A DNA stretch of 64,000 nucleotides from contig CBFFSA010000011.1 in NCBI GenBank assembly GCA_965644495.1, positions 589,231 through 653,230 on the forward strand. The letters run 5' to 3'. The DNA is from Perkinsela sp. CCAP 1560/9 (Eukaryota; Protista; Euglenozoa: Kinetoplastea). The translations under genes and the position numbers were made by a program. The notes beneath the pieces were generated by a model. That model was given only the letters and a program-made list of their open reading frames with translations. It was not told the origin of the DNA and made no database searches. The stretch's first letter is position 1. Every line of letters starts with the position of its first letter. Positions 51,037 through 61,601 of the stretch are shown here, piece after piece.

Positions 51037-51444
51037 CAAATCCAAAATCCAAATCATTCCGGATTGCTCCGGATGGTCACTGGCAAGCCAGACCCTTCAC
51101 AGACAGATTTGGAAGTTCCGAGGCCGACGCCCTCTACCAGTTTCCGCTTGTCCAAGGCGGCACCAACGTGCTGTTGCCAACACGCTGCGTCGACGAACTG
51201 TACGTCAACACGGCTTACCCAAGAGGGGTAAGCCGGGTAAGGGAGCTGGTTCCCTGAGGGGAGGGTCCGGGACGGTCCTCCGAGTACTGGCCCTAGTCGG
51301 TTATCAGCCCAGCCTCTTAGAGTGAGGCCGCCGGGAATATTGCGATGAGCGGGTTTGAACTCGCCGTCTGAGAACCATGTGCTTCAAACTTTGAGTCCTT
51401 GCCACTCCGCCACTCCTCCACCCACTCCGCCACTCCTCCACTAC
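51037..51444 (-). mobile_element. tRNA-derived SINE, family 1, copy 1 (408 bp) with an 11-bp TSD
   Basis: Absent from LINE B copy 2 (the copy offset shifts by 419 = 408+11). TSD ATACCGTACTC at 51026-51036 and 51445-51455. Minus-strand A-box AGTGGCGGAGTGG and B-box GAGTTCAAACC; 3' end TCCGGA-GCAA-TCCGGA + (TTTGGA)n. Confidence 0.93.
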
Positions 51445-54330
51445 ATACCGTACTCAGTTCAATACAAATGGTGAGACGCGTGATATGAAACTACAAGCGA
51501 TCCGTGAACATTTCTTAAAATTCAGTAATTATGATGCAGGAGATCCAAATATCAGTTTCGACCCTATTCCACCATTATTCGTGCCGATCGAGGATGGCCC
51601 ATTTATTGTTCAGGAGTTGACTTTGTCAGTGAAGCATTTTGGGAGAGGACGAGCACCCGGAAGCGACGGAATACCTATGGAGGCCCTACAAGCTATCGCA
51701 AGTCACGAAGTTCTAAGAGAGCAGCTTTTAGGTATAATAAACAAAGTTTATGAGACCGGGTCTACGGATGAAGCTTGGCGAATGACACTCCAGATACCCA
51801 TACCAAAGAAAGGGGATCTCACTGACATTTCAAACTGGAGGCCGATATGTGTGGTGAATAGCGTTGTTAAACTGATGAATCACATGATTCTTTCACGCAT
51901 TCGGCCCCGCGTAGAAGGTTTCCTACGCGATAATCAGTATGGGTTTCGGCCAAACAGATCTACAGCTGGCGCCCAAATCATTATGAACGAGGTTAAAACT
52001 AAGGCTTTTCGAAAAGATGGAATAATGGTAGCCTTTGTAGATTTTGCTAAAGCATTTCCCTCCGTATCCTTTGCTGCTATAAAAGCCTGCCTAAATGCTT
52101 TCCGAGTTGGCAATCGATTGTCCACCACAATCTTGTCCATCTATCGCGACTTGAAAGGAACAGTTCGAACGCCGTTTGGTAATACTGAACCTTTTCCAAT
52201 CACCACAGGGATTCTACAAGGGGATGTATTAGCTCCCTATCTATTCGTTATGGTGATGGACAGGATTCTACACATGGCTCTCGACGACGGATCAGATGGT
52301 GTTCTTCTGAAATCTAGAGGTACACGAAAGCGAGGGTTAAACGAAAAACGACTGAGTGATATCGATTATGCCGACGACGTCGCGCTATTTAGTGATTCGA
52401 TGGAAGGTTTGCAAAATATGATAAACAGCGTTTCTCGGGAAGCAGAGAAAGCTAATCTACGACTTGCGGTTGGTCAATCGAAAACTGCATGGATGTCTTT
52501 TGGTAAAGTTGCACGTTCCGAAAACGACCCCGTCATCTACAACAACAACTTGAAGGTACCAAAGGTGTGGTCATACAGGCATCCGGGGCAACGTCAAGAT
52601 CAAGATTTTTCTTCCACCGTAAAAGATCGATTAAAGCTTGCATGGGGATCACTCCAGCGTTTAAATGGAATTTGGTCTTCTCCTCTAAGTGAAGGGATGA
52701 AACTTCGACTTTATGATGCCTTAGTTTACCCTGTGCTGAATTTTGGAATGGGAGCAGTTCATATTTCTCAAAAGGAGCTCCGTAAAATTGGTATTGAGGT
52801 CAACACAATGAGAAGAATTGCCACCCGTTCAAACAAAGTTGATGAGTACGGGTTGTGCTACCCCAACGCTTCTCTCTATGTTAATACCGACCGGTTTTCT
52901 ACTATTCATAAAGTGTAGCGAGCAAAACTGGTGGGACATATGATCCGTCATTCTTCAGACTTTCGGGAACTGATTCAATGGAAACAACGTAGCAACGCTA
53001 GATTACCTTCCCCAAGTGAAGCTTGTGTTAAAGATCTTGGCATTACTATTGAACAAGCATTGGTTTACGCCACGGACCGCGAGCATTGGTTCAGAATTAC
53101 AGAACAACTTCGTGACAACCTTGAACCAGCTGCAACCTATATAAAATCTGGCACGCAAAAGTGGAGAACCGCCGTCACAAAAGCCAAGAAGACTAAAGAC
53201 TTGCGCGAGTTACAGTATATTGAAGAGTCAACGGATCCTTTCCCTAACTTTAAAGCTATGCAGATATATACGGATGCTTCTATTAAGAGTATGGTTAGTT
53301 CTCAGGAAATTCGAAGTGGCGCTGGTATTGTGGTTATACCAACGAAAAAAGATCCAATAAGATGTTCAATCCCACTGGAAGTTACAACAATTGAGAGAGC
53401 AGAACTTCAATCGTTTTATTTAGCTCTCAACAAATTGCCAGAAAATTCATGCGCGTGCTTGTTTCACACAGATTCGCATTACGTTTGGGACTTCTTTCAC
53501 AATTTACGAAATAAACGGCGCATTGTGGGATACACTGGGACAAAAAATGGCGACCTTAATGTACGTAATATACCTTAATGTATAATGTGGACGCAAAGCT
53601 CAGGTTACTAAAATTCCATTCGTATAATATATATTTGTGCAAGGTAAAGGCGCACATTGGAAACAAATGGAATGAGGAGGCAGATGGTCTAGCACTTTTG
53701 GCATCACGAAAAGTGGCACGGGCTCCGACCCAAAAAAGGAGAAAAACAACTGCTAACTCGGAGGATAGTGAGAATTCACAACCGTTATGGTCTTTGAAAG
53801 CCTTACTCAAAAGGAAGTCCCTTGGAAATAAGCAAGCACGAGACATTCCATCATCCAAGCGCGAAGCTGAGGCGGAAGGGGTATTTCGAGGGAAGGTTGC
53901 GAGAGCTGGCGGTAATAGGAAACCGTCTAAGCAGGGAGAGAATTGATGGAATTATTGAGGGAGATACGGAGTATCTAACTCGCTGTTGTGTGTTCCGGAT
54001 TTTATGATCTGAGGCCTTTTATGGCCCCATTTCCACTACAATTGGTGTAGTGGGGTCCTTTGGACTTGTTTAGTGTTCCGGATTGAGGGAGATACGGAGT
54101 ATCTAACTCGCTTACTAAGGTTAATTCCAAAACTTGAAAATGCCCCTCAAAGAAGCGAGAGATCGAGTTTTTTCAAAATTTTAAAACGTAGCAGTAGCTC
54201 ATTAGATGAACTCTTTAATACTCGAAAAATCATCTACAACGACCTCATTTCCCAAATTGTAGAACACTTTTGGTAAAAAAAAGTGCGTCTGCAAAGGTCT
54301 GCGATACGACAAACTGGTTGACTAAGGAGA

Positions 54331-54412
54331 GTCCTTTGAGTACTCCAGTTGGTAAAGGGGTTCCATTTTGACGCTGGATGTCCGCGGTTCGATTCCCGGC
54401 ATCGACATTTTT
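54331..54412 (+). pseudogene. Degenerate tRNA-like / Pol III promoter sequence inside the 2.2-kb element
   Basis: A-box-like CTCCAGTTGGTA, B-box GGTTCGATTCCC (54386-54397), then TTTTT. Acceptor and T stems are imperfect, so it is not called a functional tRNA. Confidence 0.6.
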
Positions 54413-54574
54413 GAACAAAAAAAATTATATGCTCAAAGTCGCGAAAAAAACAAATTCGGAACGATTTTTTTTTTCAGATTTTTTTTTCTTGAAAAAAGTG
54501 GCCAGCTGGCCACCAAAAACACGGTTTGCATTTTGTATATATATAAAGAGAAAAATAATGTGCAGGTTCGAGTG

Positions 54575-55135
54575 GTACAGTGTGTAGCTACAGTGGACCT
54601 TGAGAGAGTGAGAGCAGTGCCACGTGAGGCAGTGATTGCACAGTGATGCAGTGCAGCTGCAGTGGCACGTGCCAGAGTAAGTGCACTTCTATGTGAGGCA
54701 GTGACTGCAGTGATGCAGCGCAGCTGCAGCGGCACGTGCCAGAGTAAGATTACTGCCACGTGAGGCAGTGAATGCAGTGTAGATACAGTGGAATGTGAGA
54801 GAGTCAGTGACTGCAGTGTAGCTACAGTGGCACGTGAGAGAGTAAGATTACTGCCACGTGAGGCAGTGACTGCAGTGATGCAGTGCAGCTGCAGTAGCAC
54901 GTGAGAGAGCAAGTGTACTGCCACGTGAGGCAGTGATTGCAGTGTAGATACAGTGGCAGAGTGACAGGCAGTGCCACGTGAGGCAGTGACTGCAGTGATG
55001 CAGTGCAGCTGCAGTAGCACGTGAGAGAGTGAGAGTACTGCCACGTAAGGTAGTGACTGCATCGGCACTGTACCTACAGTGGCACGTGAGAGAGTCAGGG
55101 CACTGCCACGTGGGGCAGTGACTCACGTTGAGTGA
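54575..55135. repeat. Degenerate minisatellite rich in GCCACGTG / CTGCAGTG / CAGCTG motifs
   Basis: Recurring blocks such as TGCCACGTGAGGCAGTGACTGCAGTG and GCACGTGAGAGAGT at irregular spacing. Confidence 0.9.
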
Positions 55136-55168
55136 GTCCACTGAGTGAGTCCCACGGGGGTGGGAGAG

Positions 55169-55376
55169 TGTTGTGGAAGAGTGGCCAGCTGGCCATGTTG
55201 TGGAAGGGTGGCCAGCTGGCCATGTTGTGGAAGGGTGGCCAGCTGGCCATGTTGTGGAAGGGTGGCCAGCTGGCCATGTTGTGGAAGGGTGGCCAGCTGG
55301 CCATGTTGTGGAAGGGTGGCCAGCTGGCCATGTTGTGGAAGGGTGGCCAGCTGGCCATGTTGTGGAAGGGTGACCA
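55169..55376. repeat. 27-bp minisatellite TGTTGTGGAAGGGTGGCCAGCTGGCCA, 7 full copies plus a partial copy
   Basis: Near-perfect tandem copies, each containing the 14-bp palindrome TGGCCAGCTGGCCA. Confidence 0.97.
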
Positions 55377-55963
55377 CAGTCTGAACTGTCTCGTACGGAA
55401 CTTGCTCAGATCGTCAGCCGGGAATCGGTAGGAGCGGTATGGGCGAAAGAGCGAAGAACAAGAAATACAGTGGAACAAGAAATGTACAGTGGAAAATAGA
55501 AAAGAAATTAGAGTAAATTGATACGAAAATCACATTCATTTTGAATACCTTCTTCGTGAGAAGAGGGTCCTCAGACAATTATCTCTCGCCTTGACGTGGC
55601 GTCTGAGCTTAATGCCTGTTGGCTAAACAAGCAGAGATACATAAAGAACTGTCAACGAACGAAATGTTCCGTATGCACGACCTGGTGTAAGTGTTGGGGG
55701 AACCTCGGTTCCGTCTCACTGAGCCAGTGAACGTGCCCATAGGTGCACTTTTTCATTATTAAAGTACAACATAAAGGGCTCAATGCTTAACATAAACAAG
55801 ACGTAAGTAGAATCGAACATAGACCTCCCAGAGGCAAAATGTTAGCCGGGCGGGCCCTTCAAAAAAAAGATTTCAGAAGCTTGTTTCCTTCAAGATTACT
55901 TGTCACGAGGTAAAGCACCACCCGCGCCAGCGGGTCTGCACCGCCTCGAAAGGCCCGCCGTAT

Positions 55964-56168
55964 AACCCAGATTGAAAGGGGCGAGGGAGATACGAAGCAA
56001 CAGGCGTGGCAGATTCCCACTGAAAAGAAATGGTATCTCCCCGCACGAGAAAAGCCTTTGCGCTTTCTAGCTCGGAGACAAACTTCGTGCGGGAGATACC
56101 ACTTCTTTTCAGTGGGAATCTGCCACGCCTGTTGCTTCGTTTCTCCCTCGCCCCTTTCAATCTGGGTT
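55964..56168. repeat. About 85-bp near-perfect inverted repeat with about 35-bp spacer
   Basis: AACCCAGATTGAAAGGGGCGAGGGAGATACG...CCCGCACGA (55964-56048) is mirrored by TCGTGCGGG...CCCCTTTCAATCTGGGTT (to 56168). Confidence 0.97.
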
Positions 56169-56340
56169 TCTTTTCCAACTTAGAATACCTTGAGGATTAT
56201 TCATAGGTTATCGGAAAAATATTGTTTGTTTGTACCGTATCAGACACATATAAACTCTGAACGTGGAAGCGATAGATGAAAGCTTTCAAGGTGTAAACAT
56301 TAAGTTTTTCAACCGACTTTACGTCGGTCTTTTGGATTGG

Positions 56341-57266
56341 ATGCGCTGGATGCGTAGAGGTTTCCTTATTGCAGTCGTATGGCGGTATGATGGTTCGAGT
56401 AAATACCGACTATGGGATGGAGATGTTATGGGAAACTTTGAGGATACTGATCGCTTCAGTGTGAAATATCATCTAAGAGCTGACCTGGTGTTTCCCTTCC
56501 CACCCATTTCCGCGAGAGTTATCATATGCGCTGTTCGAATGAGAGCGGCTCCCTCCCGGCGTAAGAGACGATGGCGTCGCTGCCCTATCTAATCGACGTC
56601 GACCGGCGAGCATGTCGATCGCGCTTTGGAGAACCAAAATAGTTCGTCTGTGAAGGAGAAGTTGTCCATAGCGACCCTGAATGTGACCTCATTAAAATTA
56701 GAGTGGGGGGATTTGTTTTCTATTCGATCATGTGTCCGATTGAAGGAAATATTGACCTTTATGAGTAGCAAGAGGATTCAGATACTGGGGTTGCAGGAAA
56801 CGAGGTTCCGTTTTGATTCTCGTCCCTTTGGTGAGATTCTACGTCAGAAAACGGAGGACATGGGCGTTACGTATTACTTATATTTTTCCTCAGCCACGTC
56901 CGACCGTTCTTACAACGGAATGGCGCTCGTTAGTACTTTTCCATTGGAAAAGGTGCGGGTTATCTCAGAACGGATTATGACTGCACAGTTTCCTTGGGAA
57001 AACGGGAACGCTACACTATTCAATGTGCACGGTCCCATTAGGGATTCTTCTAGGGAAATGAAATCTACCTTCGGCGCTTCTTTAAGAAAAGCCGTTCGCG
57101 ATCTTGACTCCACGAACCCCCAAAGACCTACGATCTTAATGGGAGATTTTAATTCCCCTTTAACGCTGGTCAACAAAACTGCTGAAGACAAAGCAGCTGT
57201 AGCTCGATTTCGCGCCTTACTTGTAGACGTTGGTTGCAATTCTGCCCACACTCTCTCACCAAGATC
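56341..57266 (+). mobile_element. Duplicated partial LINE A 5' part (copy of 48455-49380)
   Basis: Near-identical to 48455-49380 at offset 7886, including the same in-frame TAA. Joined directly to the LINE B copy 1 tail. Confidence 0.95.
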
Positions 57267-60200
57267 AACCTTTTTGTAAATTTTTGCAAAATGGCGGATG
57301 CGTCCGGTGCGCAGGAGTCCACGCGCATTATGAATCTTCTTTTGCGTTCCACGCTTGATCGGGGGGCCTTGTTTCGTCCTCACAAGGGCGGGAGGAGTCC
57401 TGCTAAGCTCCGCGCGAGGTCGTTGAGACAGTTGTTGCTGCGTATGGAAAAGGGGGCGAGGCTGGCAGTGGTGTGGAGATACGGGTATAGTGATGATTTG
57501 AAGTTGTGGGAGGGGGTCGTCGAACGATGGCTTGGCTTGTGGCGCATTCGATACACCGAGCGCCTGCGTGAAACACTTCCGTTTCCCCCTTTAAGTCCTT
57601 TGATCGTTCTCTGCGCTGCTCGTGTTTTCAAACCTTTTTCCCTGTCCAGCAGAAAAAAGCGACATCGCAAAAGTAGGGCATTGTCCGGCAAACGTGCTCT
57701 TCATGACTCGGAGGGTCCTAGAGGCCCCGCTGTGAAGGGAAAGCTTAACGTGGCAACCTTGAATGTGACTAGTCTAAAGCTAAAGGGTGAGGATGAGTTT
57801 AGTTTGAGAAAGTGCGGGCACCTGTATGAAGTATTTAATTTTATGAATATGAAAGGAATCAATATTCTGGGAATGCAGGAGACAAGGTACAGATTTTCGT
57901 CTTCTGAAAAGTCGGAGGTACTTTGCCGCAAAGTACAATACCGGAATTCGGAATATTTCTTCAACCTCATTACAGCTCGCGCGAAGGATGCGTACAATGG
58001 AATGGGCATCGTAAGCTCAATGCCTATGTCCAAGGTATTTCGAGTAAGTAAAGGATCATGGCTGGTGAATTTGAGATGGAAGACGGAGTTGGGACAGTTG
58101 TTAATGTTTATGCTCCTACAAGAGATTCTTCGGAACTCGCGCTATCAACATTTTACGGAGGTTTAGAAAAGTGTTGCACAAAAGCATTAGAAAACAATCT
58201 GCGACGCCCTCTTTTCGTGATAGGAGATTTCAACGCGCCCTTAACGCTTATATCAAACAAAGAAATGGACCCACTGGCTGTTGCTCGTCTCAAAGGTCTT
58301 TCCTGTGCTATGGGATGCAAATCCGCGCATAGCCTGTGCCCTAGTAGTAGGAAGTGGACCTGTGAGATGCCAAACAAAACTTTGCGTCAATTGGATCATA
58401 TATTTATAAGCAGCCGATTCGCATCAGCCATTCAGCGCCACAAGGTCGTAAAGGCACCAGTTCCCACAACGCACTGCTGTGTAATTGCCAGTGTAAAAAT
58501 TAAATGGAGAGCAGTAAACCCGAAAGCTGCAAATAATTATCTCTCTTGGGCCTTTCTTCGAAACAGTGAAAATCGTCAAGCATTTATTACCAAAGTTCAC
58601 TCTCAATCTGAGAAGGGGGGTAATATCAAGCAAGGGTGGGAACGACTTTCGAACAGTATAATAACCGCCGCCAAAAATTTTAAGAAGCCACAAAAACGTA
58701 CGATAAACAGAGAACCTATTAAGCATGTGAAGATAAATAACCTGCGGGGCCTTTATCAGAGAAGCAGACAGAAGACTACGTTTAATGAGTTAATAAAAGA
58801 ACATAAAAAAGATATTGAACAGACCATTTCGGAAGAATGCTTAAAACTTGAGAACAAGCTTCGCAAGAATCACTCAAATCCATGGAGAACTCTTCGGCAA
58901 ATATGTGGACAATACCGTACTCAGTTCAATACAAATGGTGAGACGCGTGATATGAAACTACAAGCGATCCGTGAACATTTCTTAAAATTCAGTAATTATG
59001 ATGCAGGAGATCCAAATATCAGTTTCGACCCTATTCCACCATTATTCGTGCCGATCGAGGATGGCCCATTTATTGTTCAGGAGTTGACTTTGTCAGTGAA
59101 GCATTTTGGGAGAGGACGAGCACCCGGAAGCGACGGAATACCTATGGAGGCCCTACAAGCTATCGCAAGTCACGAAGTTCTAAGAGAGCAGCTTTTAGGT
59201 ATAATAAACAAAGTTTATGAGACCGGGTCTACGGATGAAGCTTGGCGAATGACACTCCAGATACCCATACCAAAGAAAGGGGATCTCACTGACATTTCAA
59301 ACTGGAGGCCGATATGTGTGGTGAATAGCGTTGTTAAACTGATGAATCACATGATTCTTTCACGCATTCGGCCCCGCGTAGAAGGTTTCCTACGCGATAA
59401 TCAGTATGGGTTTCGGCCAAACAGATCTACAGCTGGCGCCCAAATCATTATGAACGAGGTTAAAACTAAGGCTTTTCGAAAAGATGGAATAATGGTAGCC
59501 TTTGTAGATTTTGCTAAAGCATTTCCCTCCGTATCCTTTGCTGCTATAAAAGCCTGCCTAAATGCTTTCCGAGTTGGCAATCGATTGTCCACCACAATCT
59601 TGTCCATCTATCGCGACTTGAAAGGAACAGTTCGAACGCCGTTTGGTAATACTGAACCTTTTCCAATCACCACAGGGATTCTACAAGGGGATGTATTAGC
59701 TCCCTATCTATTCGTTATGGTGATGGACAGGATTCTACACATGGCTCTCGACGACGGATCAGATGGTGTTCTTCTGAAATCTAGAGGTACACGAAAGCGA
59801 GGGTTAAACGAAAAACGACTGAGTGATATCGATTATGCCGACGACGTCGCGCTATTTAGTGATTCGATGGAAGGTTTGCAAAATATGATAAACAGCGTTT
59901 CTCGGGAAGCAGAGAAAGCTAATCTACGACTTGCGGTTGGTCAATCGAAAACTGCATGGATATCTTTTGGTAAAGTTGCACGTTCCGAAAACGACCCCGT
60001 CATCTACAACAACAACTTGGAGGTACCAAAGGTGGGGTCATACAGGCATCCGGGGCAACGTCAAGATCAAGATTTTTCTTCCACCGTAAAAGATCGATTA
60101 AAGCTTGCATGGGGATCACTCCAGCGTTTAAATGGAATTTGGTCTTCTCCTCTAAGTGAAGGGATGAAACTTCGACTTTATGATGCCTTAGTTTACCCTG

Positions 60201-61601
60201 TGCTGAATTTTGGAATGGGAGTAGTTCATATTTCTCAAAAGGAGCTCCGTAAAATTGATATTGAGGTCAACACAATGAGAAGAATTGCCACCCGTTCAAA
60301 CAAAGTTGATGAGTACGGGTTATGCTACCCCAACGCTTCTCTCTATGTTAATACCGACCGGTTTTCTACTATTCATAAAGTGTAGCGAGCAAAACTGGTG
60401 GGACATATGATCCGTCATTCTTCAGACTTTCGGGAACTGATTCAATGGAAACAACGTAGCAACGCTAGATTACCTTCCCTAAGTGAAGCTTGTGTTAAAG
60501 ATCTTGGCATTACTATTGAACAAGCATTGGTTTACGCCACGGACCGCGAGCATTGGTTCAGAATTACAGAACAACTTCGTGACAACCTTGAACCAGCTGC
60601 AACCTATATAAAATCTGGCACGCAAAAGTGGAGAACCGCCGTCACAAAAGCCAAGAAGACTAAAGACTTGCGCGAGTTACAGTATATTGAAGAGTCAACG
60701 GATCCTTTCCCTAACTTTAAAGCTATGCAGATATATACGGATGCTTCTATTAAGAGTATGGTTAGTTCTCAGGAAATTCGAAGTGGCGCTGGTATTGTGG
60801 TTATACCAACGAAAAAAGATCCAATAAGATGTTCAATCCCACTGGAAGTTACAACAATTGAGAGAGCAGAACTTCAATCGTTTTATTTAGCTCTCAACAA
60901 ATTGCCAGAAAATTCATGCGCGTGCTTGTTTCACACAGATTCGCATTACGTTTGGGACTTCTTTCACAATTTACGAAATAAACGGCGCATTGTGGGATAC
61001 ACTGGGACAAAAAATGGCGACCTTAATGTACGTAATGTACCTTAATGTATAATGTGGACGCAAAGCTCAGGTTACTAAAATTCCATTCGTATAATATATA
61101 TTTGTGCAAGGTAAAGGCGCACATTGGAAACAAATGGAATGAGGAGGCAGATGGTCTAGCACTTTTGGCATCACGAAAAGTGGCACGGGCTCCGACCCAA
61201 AAAAGGAGAAAAACAACTGCTAACTCGGAGGATAGTGAGAATTCACAACCGTTATGGTCTTTGAAAGCCTTACTCAAAAGGAAGTCCCTTGGAAATAAGC
61301 AAGCACGAGACATTCCATCATCCAAGCGCGAAGCTGAGGCGGAAGGGGTATTTCGAGGGAAGGTTGCGAGAGCTGGCGGTAATAGGAAACCGTCTAAGCA
61401 GGGAGAGAATTGATGGAATTATTTCTTTTCCAACTTAGAATACCTTGAGGATTATTCATAGGTTATCGGAAAAATATTGTTTGTTTGTACCGTATCAGAC
61501 ACATATAAACTCTGAACGTGGAAGCGATAGATGAAAGCTTTCAAGGTGTAAACATTAAGTTTTTCAACCGACTTTACGTCGGTCTTTTGGATTGGATTGG
61601 A
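57267..61601 (+). mobile_element. LINE B copy 2, full length (4335 bp), degenerate, 11-bp TSD
   Basis: Flanked by TCACCAAGATC at 57256-57266 and 61602-61612. ORF pieces 57234, 58058, 60398 and 61045 carry the same three lesions as copy 1. Ends in a stem-loop + (TTGGA)3. Confidence 0.95.

Larger units (their letters stand above)
53957..56166 (+). mobile_element. 2.2-kb non-autonomous Helitron2/Helentron-like element inserted in a T run of the LINE B 3' UTR
   Basis: The empty site in copy 2 is GAATTATTTCTTTTCC. The insert starts GAGGGAGATACG, which folds with the following GAGTATCTAACTC. Its near-complement CGTTTCTCCCTC (56138-56149) lies 17 bp from the right end (asymmetric inverted repeats). 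No TSD beyond TT; internal tandem repeats present. Confidence 0.7.
49381..56342 (+). mobile_element. LINE B copy 1, full length but degenerate, carrying a SINE and a 2.2-kb insertion
   Basis: ATG at 49405. EN motifs VATLNV, GMQET, NVYAPT, IGDFNA and QLDHIFI; RT with YADD; RNase H motifs YTDAS, ERAE, HTDS and KAH.G...NEEAD. Lesions: frameshift ~50165, TAG 52916-52918, frameshift ~53560-53578. The 3' UTR resumes at ~56167 and ends ACCGAC-TTTAC-GTCGGT + TTTTGGATTGGAT. Confidence 0.93.

Noticed and set aside
51295-51312. Minus-strand CTGATAA in SINE1 as a hammerhead core
   Set aside because: It deviates from CUGANGA, and no properly placed GAAA or cleavage triplet with stems could be fitted.
53553-53585. 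TAATG stop-start overlap as translational coupling
   Set aside because: It arises from a local duplication of CCTTAATGTA and splits the RNase H domain, which is continuous in L1.
54433-55478. ORFs over the minisatellites and short antisense ORFs over the LINEs
   Set aside because: These are repeat translations or shadows of the LINE ORFs with no recognisable motifs.
55857-55870. CTTCAAAAAAAA as a satellite monomer inside the 2.2-kb element
   Set aside because: The match is short, mostly poly-A and lacks the GGT part, so it is compatible with chance.
44537-60385. In-frame stops as an alternative genetic code or programmed readthrough
   Set aside because: All three stop types occur (TGA 44537, TAA 48704, TAG 52916), each in one element only and alongside frameshifts. 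Sharing between B copies follows from the DNA duplication.
56167-61597. 176-bp direct repeats (56167-56342, 61422-61597) as LTRs or a giant TSD
   Set aside because: They are the 3' UTR and tail of LINE B, present once per duplicated copy. The true TSD is the 11-bp TCACCAAGATC.
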